A stretch of DNA of 64,000 bases from Camelus ferus (Eukaryota), in the NCBI RefSeq assembly GCF_009834535.1, contig NC_045697.1, positions 103,356,001 to 103,420,000 of the forward strand. Direction: 5' to 3'. The notes below the pieces were generated by a model, which had not been told where the DNA came from, searched no databases, and was given only the letters and a program-made list of their open reading frames with translations. Positions 1 to 13,002 of the stretch are shown here, one piece after another. Each line of letters opens with the position of its first letter. Positions within the stretch are counted from its first letter, which is position 1. Made by a program: the position numbers and the translations under genes.

Positions 1-348
1 AGGAGTCAAATAAATTGGGGATCTATAAAATTCTGTATTTGAATAAGCACACCACTTCCCTTTCATCATATAGAACTCAGAACTGTCTGCAGCTCACAAG
101 CTGCAATATTCTCCCACTATTATAAGAACTGAGTAAACTAGCTTATCTTCCACCAAAAACTGGTATTTGAAAAAGGAGGCTGGAAAAGTACAGGGCAATT
201 TAAAGCTTTCCTTTGAAAAGCTTTTTGATATAAATATTCTCAACTGCTCAGGCTTTGTTTTCAATCTACATGTTTTGAAGTGACTTAGAGAAAGCCAGAT
301 CCTTTTGGTATTTCCACGCTAACGTCAACGGCAGCGAATCCTGTAAAG

Positions 349-542
349 CACGGTCGGCAGTCTTATTCTGTGAACGGCCAGACAGTAAATATTTTAGGCT
401 TTGTGGTGCACAGACGGTCTCTGTCCCATATTCTTTGTTTTCTGTTGTTGCTGTTGCTTTTTTAAACAACCCTTTAAAAATGTGAAAACCATTCTTAGCT
501 TAAGGGGCTACACAAAAACAGGCCAGAGTTTGCTGACCCTTG
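349..542 (+). mobile_element. MER58C-like hAT-Charlie MITE
   Basis: Terminal inverted repeats cacggtcggca / tgctgacccttg; internal ggccagacagtaaatattttaggctttg and accctttaaaaatgtgaaaaccattcttagct; degenerate 8-bp TSD ctgtaaag/ctcgaaag. Confidence 0.8.
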
Positions 543-639
543 CTCGAAAGAAGAGGTTATTTTTCTTTACAATAAAAACAGAATGGTGCTGAAAACAGTA
601 TTGGAAACTCAGACAGATGGCAACAAGTTTCATCACCAT

Positions 640-725
640 CGTCTTAATCCAGCCACTTGTGTGAGTCACTATGTGCCTCTGCGCTTTGGTTTCTTCATCT
701 GTAAAATGAAGGGTTAGGATAGATC
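640..725 (+). mobile_element. MIR-family SINE fragment
   Basis: MIR core-like ggtttcttcatctgtaaaatgaaggg. Confidence 0.6.
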
Positions 726-2619
726 AGCAGCTTATAAATTTATACACACCCTCTAAAGTCCCCTAGGGCCCCAGGGAAAGGTGTGGTCGTGTGGACCCAA
801 AGCTACCTCCCACCCCAGCACACACTTGACCTGCAGCCTGGCTCTGATCCTTTCTATACGCTGGAGCTCTCCTTAAAGAAAAAGCATTCCATGAAATTTT
901 TTTTCCCTCTTTAGTTTTAAAAACACTGTATTAGATGATCTAAGGGATGTTCACGGTGCTCTTCCTCCATGAATCCATTATTGGATAGCCAATCCTTTTC
1001 CAATCATTTTATTGGGAAGTGTCAGGTAGACAGGAAAGGATTTAAAATCCTATACTGATGTATCTGAAGGGCGAGAAACAAAAACAAGAAAGAGATCTTA
1101 TTCCAAGGGGGCCACCTGTGCTTATTCAGATGTGTGGAAATCTACCAGCTCGCCATATCAGAGGGTTCCCAAATCCCATGCAGGCAAATGAGAGTTCATT
1201 CCTGCATCTCTCTGCTTAGGGCTCTGGGAAAAGCAGGGTGTTTTAGCAGTGGACAGAGCTCAGAGCTCTGACTCAGAAACCTGGTTCCAGTCTGAATTTG
1301 GAGCTTACCAGGGATGTAACTCCTGATGTTTGTTTAACAAAAACTGGAGAGCCTACCAAGTACCAAGAGCACAGACTGGGTGTTAGGACCACAGAGATGA
1401 AACAGACAGATGTGAGGCCCTCTGCCCTCATGACTCAGATCCCTAGTCTATAAAGCAGGGTGATAACACGTGCTTCCTCTCCCACACCCCATGGTCCTGC
1501 AGAGATGGCAAAGCTTGTGTAAACAGCAGAGCACAGACAACACTAAACTAAGAAACTACAGATTCTCTTCTTTTTAAGTACATGACATATGTGCCACTTC
1601 AAGAATTTACCAAATGGATAAAGTGAGGCCACAATAGGTTCTGCCTAGTTATTAAAAAACAAAAAATTCTAGAACATCAAGCAGCATAGCAAAACCAAAA
1701 GGGCACAAGCCTTGTCACCAGACAATCCCACTCAAATCCCCCTCGGCTGCCTCCTAGACCCTCCTGCCATCGACAGGTGATTGTCTCATTTATAGACAGA
1801 ATACTGATACCTGCAATTTCACAGGGCTCTCGTCAAGGTAAATTAGAACCATGTAAGTAGAGCACATGGCACGGAGTTAGCACGCAGTGAATAGTTTCCC
1901 CGTTTCCCTCCCTCCCGGGCACCTAGAAATCTCAGCTGGGAGAACACTGTATTTAAAACAGCAGAGCTTACCTCAAATTTGTTGATGTTGCTACCCAGCT
2001 CTATATCATAATCACCTCAACCAAAGAACACAGGAAACTTCTGGTTGTTATGAGCATGGAATCCAGATGTAGAATATGCCCAGTCATCAGGAAAATCTTA
2101 CAGTCTTGGCACAGTTTGAGGACAGAGAGGGAGAGAGCGGCAGCCAGTCACAGAGGGGAGACTCTACAGTCTGGAATGTGCCACGGATGTCCAACCACAA
2201 AAGTGCGCCCTTGCATTCAGACTGTGGTATCCCCCTGTGGTGCCGGCCGTGGCCTCTGCTCTTCTCAGCAAGTCTCCTCCGGAAGCATGTGACCTTCTGC
2301 AGTCATCTCTAAGCCACATCTATGGGAGTGTCCGTGGCCCGGTTCATCACCTCCACCCAGCCTAGTTCAACAATTCAAGCAAAGCAATTGCTCATTTCTG
2401 AGATAAGAAGACAGCAAGAGATGTTCCCCCAAGTCCTTTCTACCTCTAAAGTCCTTTGATTCTGCGCCCTATTCTTAGCTTCTTCATTCACTGATTCAAC
2501 GATGCTTATGGACTACTTCCTGTGTCTTTGATTCCGTGACCCATGCTTAATTTCATTCATTCTTCAACAATGTTTATAGAACACCTCCCATCTTTGATTC
2601 TGTGACCTGTTCTTAATCT

Positions 2620-3470
2620 CTTTCATTCATTTATTCAACAATATTTACTGACCACGTACTATGTACCGAATATTGTTACATGCAAGAGTGTACAAAAATG
2701 AGTAAGGAATAGTCCATGCCCATAGAAAGCTCACAGTCAACAAGGACAGAGATGAATAAGCAGTTACAATGTAGCAGGACTGGTATTATGAAAGACCCAT
2801 GGGAACCAGGGGAAGGGATGCCTGATTCTGCCCAGTAGGTAAGACAATGGTAGCAGAGGACAAGGTGCAGGAAAGACTCCTCAGAACTGAGTGTTGAAGG
2901 ATAAGAAGAAGGTTATCAGGCAAATCAGATGAGTTGAAGACTTCCCATAGGGAAAAGAATACACTAAGGCATGGAAATATAAGTATGGTGGTCTGCAAAG
3001 CAGATCACTCAGTATGATTAAAATAAGGGATACATAGGAGGGCAGAAGAAAGGGGGCTCAGATGATGAAGCATATTCTATACTTTGCTAAGAAGAGCAAA
3101 CTTTCTCCTTCCAGAGAATGCCTAAAAGATCCTACATAAGGATTATCTGGATTCCATGAGTGTATGAGAAAGTCTCCAGTGGTGGCAGTGTGACGACTGG
3201 ATTACATAGGGGGAAAGACGAGGTGAGACTGGGGCCAAAAAAAAAAAAGTCAATTCTTATGAGAGAAAGCAGAATCAACTGAAGCATTGGCAGGGGGTGG
3301 GCATGAGGAATTCGAGAGATAATTTGGAAGTAGAATCAACAGACTTGGTGGTCAGTTTGCCGTGGGAGGAAGAGAAGAGGGCGGCAGGCAGGATTACACC
3401 CAGGTAGCTGTCATGGCTGGGTGGGTTCATGGACAGTAGCCCAGAAAGGGAACACGAGAAGACCAGAAGC
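2620..3470 (-). mobile_element. L2 LINE 3' portion
   Basis: Starts with the reverse of the L2 terminus (ttcattcatttattcaacaatatttactgaccacgtactatgt) followed by typical purine-rich L2 antisense sequence. Confidence 0.75.
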
Positions 3471-4235
3471 CTTCCTACCTCCCCGGGCCTGAAAACCTCA
3501 GGAATCTGCACACTCAACTAGGCACTCTCCATGGAAGATCATACTAGATCCGTGGTACCCACTGGAGTTCACCTTCTCTAAAGGGGTTATCAGGATTAAC
3601 AAGGTGCATCTTCATAGATCAATGTTGTTACGTACGTATCTATGGGGAAGAAGAGTAACTGGATTGCTAAGTTCACTTAAAACATGACTTTTATTTTAAA
3701 ACAAACAGGTGTATTATATCCAAATCTGCAGGAAGAATAGAAGACTTCGAAGATAATTAGAAGAAATCTCATAGAGGCTGAGAACCCTTGTGCGATAGGG
3801 GTTCCCTGCCTTTGGGGTTCTTCAGTGCAAATAGTCACAAAGGGTTGCCTCGTAACATAATCAAGTAAAGCTGAGGAAGCACAAACACCAAGACCTGGGA
3901 TTTCCATTCCTACACCTGAGAGGCGCTTCTCAAAGCGTGGTCTGTGAAGCTGCAGGGGTCTCTGAGACCCTCTCAGAGACCCTCGGGATTAAAGCTGCTT
4001 TCATAAGAATACCCAGGTGTTATTTACCTTTTTCACTCTGTTGACATTTGCACTGATGACACCAAAGCAATGTCGGGTAAAATACTGGCCCCTTAGCTTG
4101 AATTAAGGCAGTGGCACCAAACCATACCAGTAATCCTCGTACTTTACCACCACACACTCACAGTAAAAACGCACGCACGTGCGCACACACACACACACAC
4201 ACAGCAACCCTGCCAGTTTCCACTTAAGAATGTCT

Positions 4236-4405
4236 GATTCAATACCTTGTAATAGCCTTTAATGAAAAAGAATATGAGAAGGAATATATATATGTACAAC
4301 TGAATCACTATGCTGTACACCAGGAACAAATACAGCACTGTAAATCGACTATACTTCAATGAAACAATAAATAAATTAATAAAATATGGCAAAAATGCTA
4401 AAAAA
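4236..4405 (+). mobile_element. 5'-truncated L1 3' end (artiodactyl/camelid type)
   Basis: aatgaaaaagaatatg..ctgaatcactatgctgtacaccag..ctatacttcaat plus A-rich tail; TSD aagaatgtct (4226-4235) / aagagtatct (4406-4415). Confidence 0.85.
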
Positions 4406-4865
4406 AAGAGTATCTTTGATGAAGCAGCCCTAAAAATTATTTTTATTAAAAACTGACCCTTGAATAAACTTTTAAAAACTATTATATATAATGAAATGTA
4501 TGCATAAAAGCACTTTGGCCATGACCACAGTACAATGGCCATCTCAAGGGAAAGGACATGTGTGATTGAGCTGGGAGCTGAACTAGCCACTTTTTTCATG
4601 AACCATCACTTTTCATTAAAATAATAACTGACAGACTATGGTCATTCAAATTTGAGTACTTGGCAGAGTCATTCTCGGAGAAAGAAAGAAGTAAAGTTGA
4701 TGCTTTAAGGAAAAATCGACCATGTTTGTAGCCAAAGATAAAACTCAAGCTTTCAAGCAAGGCTTAAAATTTTGGAAAACCTGTATATCCTGCTCTGTGA
4801 ACTTGACAGCTTCCCAATACAGACTTTTCAAATAGATCCTTGTTGACATTAATAAATTTCTTCTT

Positions 4866-5076
4866 GGGGGAGAGGATATAGCTCAAGTGGTAGAGTGCAT
4901 GCCTAGCAAGCACAAGGTCCTGGGTTCAATCCTCAGTGTCTCCTCTAAAAATAAATAAATTAATGAACCTAACTACCTCCCCACCCAGGGGAAAAAAAAA
5001 AAAAGAATAAACGTACATTAAGTCTGGGTAAAAAAAAAAAAAGAAAAAAGAAATAAATTAAAATAAAATAAAATAA
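4866..5076 (+). mobile_element. tRNA-Ala-derived camelid SINE (Vic-1 type) with double A tail
   Basis: A box tagctcaagtgg, B box gttcaatcc, body aacctaactacctcccc; TSD aataaatttcttct (4851-4864) / aataaatttgttct (5077-5090). Confidence 0.9.
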
Positions 5077-5204
5077 AATAAATTTGTTCTGTTGTATAAT
5101 GAAATGTATCAACATGTGGTAGATCTACATAACTCAGTGAGCCAACATCTTCCAAATGACCCAGGTGTGATGGTACATACAGGATGATCCATTCAAAGTG
5201 CAAT

Positions 5205-5339
5205 GTGGGGTTGCGGGGGCACATAGCTCAGTGGTAGAGTGTGTGCTTAGCATGTACAAGGTCCTGGGTTCAATCCCTCTTACCTCTATTAAATAAACAA
5301 GCAAACAAACAAACCTAATTGCCTCTCCCTCACCCCAAA
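5205..5339 (+). mobile_element. tRNA-Ala-derived camelid SINE (Vic-1 type)
   Basis: tagctcagtggtagag..gtcctgggttcaatccc..aaacctaattgcctctccc; TSD aaagtgcaat (5195-5204) / aacgtgcaat (5340-5349). Confidence 0.9.
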
Positions 5340-6205
5340 AACGTGCAATACAGACTAGTAGATTTTAAAGTAACAGAATACAAAAAGTTCATTGAAATGC
5401 TTTCAGATTCCACATTACAACTAACTAAGCTAAGAGGTAACTTTAAGAAGCTCCCTCTTTCTGAGCCTTGGCACAGTATCAAAGAATAGCCGTAAAGGCT
5501 ATTACCTATCAGTGTGAAGGCAGATTGTCTTCATCTATTCCATCCGAAACAACATGTTGCAACTGATAGAATGCAGCAGCAGATAGGAGAACCTAGCCAT
5601 CTTCTAAGTCAGGCATTAAACAGATTTGTAAAAGTATGAAATCATATTACCCTTCTCATTAAATTTTTTGGAAAAAGGCATTTTTCATAAAAATATCCCA
5701 TTTATAATTATTACATAATAGGTAATAACCATTATTTTTAAGAATAAAAGTATTTAATTTCTCAATTTTAATCTCTAATATGCTATATAAAGATAGATAT
5801 GATACATGCATACAACAGCTCTCTGGAGTCCTCAATAGCTTTTAGTAGGTCCCGAGATCAAAATATTTGAGAACCAGTGTCTTAGAGAAATATTCACTCA
5901 GGCCAAGTGATGTGTACTTGCTTGTTCACAGCAGCACTGTTCTAACAGCAAAAAGTAGAAACAAACCACACATTCACTGTGATATGTTCCTACAGTACAA
6001 CACTAGGGAGCAGTGAAAATGAATGCACCACAGCTACGTGCATCAACGTGAGTCCTCTCACAAAGATAACAGCTGGATGAAAATCCAAGGTGCAGCATGC
6101 ATGCTATTTGTTATTTTATTTTTATATTTTTACATTTGCATTTTTATAAATTTCAAAGACAAGCAAAACCAAATACTGTAAAGCTACAGAGAAAAAGCAA
6201 GGGGC

Positions 6206-6682
6206 TTGTGGCATATATACACAATAGAACATTGCTCAGCCATAAAAAAGAATGAAATAATGCCATTTGCAGCAACATGGATAGACCTGGAGATTGTCAT
6301 ACTAAGTGAAGTTAAGTCAGACAAAGACAAATATCATATGATATCACTTATATGTGGAATCTTAAAAAAATGACACAAATAAACTTATTTACAAAACAGA
6401 AACAGAGTCACAAACATAGAAAACAAACTTACGGTTACCAAAGGGGAAAGTAGGGGGATGGATAAATTAGGAGTTTGGGATTAGCAGGTACAAACTACTA
6501 TATACAAGAGAGATAAACCACAAGGTCCTACTGTACAGCACAGGGAACTATGTTCTATAGCTTGTAATAACCTATAATGAAAGAGAATATGAAAAAGAAT
6601 CTATATATAAAACTATAACCAAATCACTATGCTGTACACTGGAAACTAACACAAATTGTAAATCAACAATACTTCAATTAAA
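6206..6682 (+). mobile_element. L1 3' end (ORF2 tail plus 3' UTR) inserted into an older L1ME-like fragment (~5885-6860)
   Basis: gccataaaaaagaatgaaataatgccatttgcagcaacatggatagacctggag..ctgtacagcacagggaac..acttcaattaaaa; TSD aaaaagcaagggg / aaaaagcaggggg. Confidence 0.9.
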
Positions 6683-7577
6683 AAAAAGCAGGGGGAGCAA
6701 TAAACAGAAAATTTAGGATAATGAGAACAGGTAGCAGGAGAAGAGGACAGGAGACGTTTGATAGTGTTGAAATTTGTCAGGTTGAGCAGTAGGTTTACAA
6801 ATGTTCACTTAACCACTATACTTCATTATATACATATGCACGTTAGATATATTATTGTAACTATCACATACTTACTGACCTGCAAAGGCAGGCACCGCAT
6901 TAGAGCTTCTTTGCCAAAGGAAACCAAAGAGGTAAGCAAGGGGCAGTAGAGGGTCGGGGCTAAGCCTTGGCTGAGGGTCTGCAGCCCTGGCCCCATAGAA
7001 GCCCATCACTGGGGCAGGTCTCCCTCCTTAACAAGGCCATTTCTTCCTTCAGGCCATCCTTATCCTCCACCTCTATTTACATCACAATGAAAAAACTACC
7101 ACATTTCAGTTGATCTCCTGTGGTACCCAAACCACTAAACTTAACCATCATCATCTCTTATCACCTGGGCCCGCTCCTACGATATTTTCCCTACCTCCTA
7201 TCCTGACATCACCAATATGTCCCCCCTAGTTCAACAAAGTTCCTTCTCTTAGTGTCTCCTGCCTACTTTCGGTTTATGTCAGCCTCTTTTGGCTAATGCT
7301 ACTTCTTTTGCTTAGAAATTCTCCTCTCAAGATTAAAGCCATCACATTGTTGAAGATGCTTTAAGTATCACTCCTCTCCAAGAATTTTTTCCCCATCACT
7401 CTTACTCTACTTCCTCAAACATTTACGTATCTAATTCATATGATACTGTCTCACACCTGCTAGCTTACTGATTTGTAATTATCCTCTGACTGTTCTGTGT
7501 CAACATTTGAAAGGACTGTCAGCAGAGACTGCATTCTATACAACTTTTATGAGCCAGGTAAACGCTCAAAATTTGTT

Positions 7578-7822
7578 CTTTTTTTAAAATTTCTTTTTTT
7601 TTTTAATTGAAGTATAGTCAGTTTACAATGTTGTGTCAATTTCTGGTGCACAGCATAATGTTTCAGTCAAGCATATACATACATATATTCCTTTTCATAT
7701 TCTTTTCATTATAAAAAAAAATATAAGATACTACAGGATATTGAACATAGCTCCCTGTGCTACAGGAAAGAAACTTGGTATGTATTGATTTTATATATAA
7801 CAGTATCTGCAAATCTCAGAAC
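7578..7822 (-). mobile_element. L1 3' end
   Basis: Poly-T then aattgaagtatagtcagtttacaatgttgtgtcaatttctgg, reverse complement of the same L1 3' UTR. Confidence 0.88.
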
Positions 7823-10344
7823 TTTTTATTAATGAATAAGCACTATGTAGGGGCTACAACTCTCAGGTGATCAAATCCTTAGAGTATCAAATCCTCACTG
7901 ATCTAAGTTGATACTATGTGTGTACGTGACATGCATGTACCCTTATTCCCAAAAGGCGTTCAATTCAGTATATTGAAAGATGTTTTCCCCCACTGTAGGA
8001 GCAGAGTCCCATTTTATAATCGAAACCAAGCAAAGCAGCATTTGCCTGGTAGAATTCTTTCTTAAAATATTAAACAAGCTTAGAGCTCAACATTTCTCCT
8101 CCGCACCTCACCCTCTCTATACTTGCAGTCCTTAGAAAACCACCCCTGACAGGTGGCTGAACCAGCTTCTTCGTAAACACAAGATCTTCTGTTTCATTTT
8201 TGGGCAGTTTTATTTATTCAACAGTCCCTTATCTTAAGAAATCAAAGTTATCTTCCCTCTAACTTCTACCCTATAGGTCCTATTGTCTGTTTTCAGCTCA
8301 GCATTTCAGAAATCTATGAAAATACTTTTCGAGCCGAATTCTAATTATTCGTTTCCATCTCTTTCTCTGCCTGCTTGGCTCTAAGATCTTTGCAAGCAGG
8401 GACCACACTCTGTTCAGCTCCACAGATCACAAATCCCTGGCACAGAAGCACCCAGTTACTGCTGTTTGAATGAATGAATGATGAACGGATGATTCAAGTA
8501 TCAGTTATCAGACACAAGGTGAGAATTTAGGACGAATGACAATACAGAGAAAGTCTACTCCCTTTTTCACTTGACGGAACTTCTTACACTTGATGTTGTT
8601 ACCATGCATGATTTTGACCCACCCTCACTCTTATCTTGGAATTAAGCACCCCCAATTGCCTTAATAATGAATCCCTCGCACGATGATTTCAAGAGCCTAC
8701 AACATTCTGGTTGCCTCCCTTCTGGTCAGGAGTTTATCAATTTCCCCGTTTAACTCGGGGCACCCAATCTGGGATTCACTACCGCACATGAGATCTTATC
8801 AGTTCCCAAGGCCAGCGTTACCGCCCTTGTCTTGAATTCAGTACTTACATTAGTTCAGCCAACTCTGCTGAAATGCATCCATTTTTCAAATGATGGTTGA
8901 ATTTGAAATATTGCTTGTTGATTGGCAGTGGTTATCTCTAGGGGCGGGAGCTAAGAGAGGGGACTTTCACATTTTACTTTAAACATTCCTAAATTGCTTT
9001 AATCATTTATACTAAGCATGCACTACTTTTATCATTAAAAGCCCATATAGATTTTTAAAAATAAATCAATAAACAGAACGAATATCTGTGATTTCCATGG
9101 TTCCAGCCGTATGGAGTACACTTAAGTCATATTTAAAATACACGTATTTTTTCCTTCTCCTTTGTGCACATTTTCTCATCTATCAACATGTATTTGCTAC
9201 GCAGCACCTCTATGATCTAGTAGTCTAGCCAACCCAAACCCTACTTTGAGATGATGAAATTCCTCTCTTCCTATAAATGTCAGAAAGCAGCTCACTATAA
9301 TTTGGTTTCCCTCTATCTTAAGGTCAGATTAAAACCCAGTAAGTGACTATTCGAGGTCTGCTTTCCCCTGGAAGGGAGAAATCATACAGCGCTTCCAGGA
9401 ATATTTCCTGAAGCGCAGGGTGTCCCACACTTCGTTTCCTCCCAAATACAGCTGTGTTTCCTGCTCTAGTGAGGACTGTTGGGTTAACAAGTAGGGCCAA
9501 ACAAGCCCAGGTTAGAAAACAACTCAGCATTCTAGGTCATTACAGGAAGGCAGTGCTCCCCACAGGGAGCACGTAATTCAGACTCCAGAAAGTATCACTG
9601 CATGTGACTCTATTCGACTGCCCTCGGCTTAGTCTAAGGTCAAAATAAATCTTTGAGGAAAGAAATATTATCGGTGGCGCAAGTCTCCATGAATTACAGG
9701 GCAAGGTGTATGCTCCATCAGCACCTGAGGGGTTCTCCTGTCGTGGAGGGACTCTGAGACGGGGTGCAGGTGGTGAAGGCGTGTTCTCCAGGTCCTCGGA
9801 CCCCATGAAGACTTCAGAGACCTCGGAGCAGCTCTGAGCCTCGGGAGACCCGCACGTGGTCCAGCTCTTGATACCTCTTGCTCTGGTGATCTCGAGCTAG
9901 TTTCTTCCTCTCTGTGGCTCAGTTCCTGCTTCTGTCCGACCGGTGAGAGAAAGGCCCCTTCCCTGCCTGCCTCCCAGGCAGGTGATATTAGTGACAATGT
10001 TTTGTGGACAACAACCATTAGATAAGTAGAAGGTGTGGCTAATGCACCATTATCTATTTTACAAGATGGCGCTACGTAAGCACAGAGAGGTTAGGTGACT
10101 TACCCAAGGTCACAAAGCTAGTGAGAAACCCTGGTGATCATGGTGGGAGAAGGTGACAGCATCTCTTGCTTAGTACAGGTCGTTCTCTGAACCTATGGTT
10201 TCCCATCTGGAGGAGTTGGAGTCAATTACTCGGGTCCATGGGCTATTTTTTTTTAAGGTTTTAAGAGTCTAACAGATTCTCATCAGTAAGCTGCCCAGAC
10301 TCAAAATCTACATGTCTTTATTTCTGGCTGAAATAGCATCAGCC

Positions 10345-10511
10345 CTAGAGTGGGCATTCTGGTTAGTTCAGGGGTCCTCACCCAAGGGGCTTTTTAAGAA
10401 TGTCCATGCCCAAGCTCCACTCTGGGCCAATTAAATTTATATCTCAGGGGGTGTTTGCACTTTTAAAATCTCCCAGGTGGCTAAAATGTGCTGCCAAGGT
10501 GGAGAACCACC
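10345..10511. mobile_element. MER5-family hAT MITE
   Basis: ttttaaaatctcccaggtggctaaaatgtgctgccaaggtggagaaccaccg terminus. Confidence 0.6.
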
Positions 10512-10639
10512 GGGCTGGCCGATGGTGATCAGAAACTGACAGGCAGCAATCATTGTCACTGACTGATTACAGCACAGTTCAAGCAATCCTACTGAGACCC
10601 TTAGTTGAAAGGAATTCATACCTCGAGTCTATTCATGTG

Positions 10640-10860
10640 GCCGCCATTTATTGTACACATACTATGTGCCAGATATGTATCTAAGTATCTACCCGTATGA
10701 ACTCACTTATTTCCCATAGAACTTACAATGCTCTCCCAACCTACAGATGAGAAAACAAGTGGCAAACTGCAGTCATGTCACTTGTCAAGGTCACAGCTAA
10801 AATGTGCAGCAGCCAGGATGGAACTCAGGTGTCTGGTGCCACGATCTTAATCCCTACCCT
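10640..10860 (-). mobile_element. MIR SINE
   Basis: atttattgtacacatactatgtgccag..acagatgagaaaac..cttgtcaaggtcacagcta..gaactcaggtgtctgg. Confidence 0.75.
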
Positions 10861-10989
10861 ACCTAGACTGCTCCCTGACATTGCCATAGAATGTGGCTGG
10901 CAGTACCTTCGCCTCGGAGACGAATTAGAAGATCCCAGAATGTTGGGGAATGTGGAACAGTTTCTAACCCAAACGCCTGCAGGGGCCGG

Positions 10990-11290
10990 GAGATAAGCCG
11001 CTTGAGGGAGGCGCGCAGGTGTCCGTGCAGACGGGGACAAGGCAGCCCAGTGGTAGGAACTGTGACAGACTGGCGAGCACATGCAGGGGAAGGGGACTGC
11101 CGCCACCGACTGCAGCAGATTGCTGCCATGTGGGGAGGTGGCCGGGTGCTGCTGGCTCGTCCAAGTTTTCAAAAGAAGCTGGAAATCTGGATTTTTATGT
11201 GAAACTGCCCATTTGCAAATGCTGTCTCGAGTGTTTAAACAGACTGTATGAGGCAAAACATACCAGTAGGCCACTAGCTTGGGACCTCTG
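10990..11290 (-). mobile_element. hAT-Charlie relic (Charlie4-like); related pieces at ~32310-32425 and ~52240-52350
   Basis: ttttcaaaagaagctggaaatctggatttttatgtgaaa and terminus ggccactagcttgggacctctg; subfamily name uncertain. Confidence 0.6.
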
Positions 11291-11902
11291 ATATGATCTA
11301 TAACACACACACAACACCCCCCCCACACACACACACACATCCATCTTTCTTTTCAAATTCATTTAATGTGTTCTCTTGCGTTGGTTCTCTGCAATTAGAA
11401 ACAGCAGACCGGCTCCTTTCCGTGCAAAACGTGAGCTATTACCTATTTAACACATGGAAAACCCAGCAGAAATTTCCCCCCAGGTAACTTTAATCAGTGG
11501 ACTGACTGGTAAATAAATAAATACATAAACTTTCATTAAACACCTATTTTCTCCTTTGAAAATCTCACTGTGAGTCTGTGAATGTGGATTTACTATCCTC
11601 ACTTTACACTAAAACTCAGTCATACAATTTAGATATAATTCAGGTCAAATCATACACACAGAGGAACTTGTTCCTCTAGTAAACTCTAAGTAATATTGTT
11701 GGCCTATGAAACAAGTACTTGCCAAGCCCTATTACACAGCCTTATAAAAGAATTTTACCATATCATATTATTACTCAATGAGACCTATGGAAAAAAATTG
11801 AAAATAATAAAAAAAAGCACAGGCCTCACCAAAAAGTTCTAAGTCAGAAATGCCTGTAGTCTAATCACAAACTCAGCAAATGGGAACTTATTTCACATAC
11901 TT

Positions 11903-12166
11903 AATAATAGCTAAGCCTTCCTGAGCCCCTTCTGCAAAGCAGCCACTAATTAGACATGGTCTGGGGTGTGTAATAATATTGATTATTACACATTTACTCA
12001 ATGAATCCCTACAATAAGCCTAAGATATAGGAACTATTATCACTATTGAAAGATGAAGAAACTAGGGGACAGAGAAGTTAAGTAACTTGCCCAAGGTCAC
12101 ACAGCTAGTTAGCGGCAGAGCTTGGATCTAAACAGCCTGGCGCCATGGCCTGTACACTTGACCACT
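11903..12166 (-). mobile_element. MIR SINE, near full length
   Basis: agatgaagaaactaggggacagagaagttaagtaacttgcccaaggtcacacagctagttagcggcagagc. Confidence 0.88.
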
Positions 12167-12968
12167 TCTCTGTGAACTTAAAAGGCGTGTGCAGTCTCTG
12201 TTTTTACTTAAGTCATACCATATCCAACAGACGGAGGGAAAAGAGGGCAAAAATCACACGGTATTTTCTCCCTCTCGTTACCAGACAACAGCAAAAGCTT
12301 TTAAAAATACACCACCAGGCATCCTAAGACACTGGCACTATGGAACTTCAGGAAAATCTATCACCTTCCACAAGTCCAGTAGCTTGTTTCAAAGGCGCAG
12401 ATAAGCAGGGTGTTGCTCATCAGTCATGTAAAAGACCATCTTCTCCCTCACCAGCTCCAGGCCCCTCTGAAGGCCAGCCTCTTTGGAGCACTCGAAACAA
12501 GTCACCCCGAGATCCACATCTCTCTCTTCCCTCTTTTTTCCTTCACACCTCACTTCTAATGGGGCCTAACCACTTTTCTGTCCCATGTAGAAATTACAAG
12601 AAAGATGGAGAGAGAGAAGGAGAGACAAGGATTATTTGAGTCTGCTTTTGCAGGCCCAAGCCTCAGAGACAGTCCATGCATTTCTTCCTTGCTGGTAGAC
12701 CGCACTTGGCTGAATTTGGACTTTTGGAAAAACAGAAGCAGAGTACCTAAGCCTTAGTCATTTAAGAACTTCAGCAGTGGAGCTTTGTTTTTTAATCAGA
12801 AGGGAATGGATGGCTGGAAACAATATCCTTTTTAGGCGCACAGAATCTGCTGCATTTGATATAACCCTGGGTCAGTCTGTGAAAAGCAGAGTTGCTAAAG
12901 GCCACAGGCTGATTTCAGACTGTGGGCGTGTATCACTGTACATTTTATAAAATTAGCTACAGTGCAGC

Positions 12969-12972
<4 letters not shown>

Positions 12973-13000
<28 letters not shown>
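12973..13000. repeat. (TG)n microsatellite
   Basis: About 14 uninterrupted TG units. Confidence 0.95.

Positions 13001-13002
<2 letters not shown>

Larger units (their letters stand above)
3921..5879 (+). mobile_element. Charlie1a-like hAT DNA transposon relic, interrupted by one L1 3' end, two SINEs and a (CA)n repeat
   Basis: Ends gcgcttctcaaag / tttgagaaccagtg; internal gttgacatttgcactgatg, aaggcagtggcaccaaac, cttaagaatgtc..ttgatgaagcag; collinear with the copy at 23250-24673. Confidence 0.85.
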
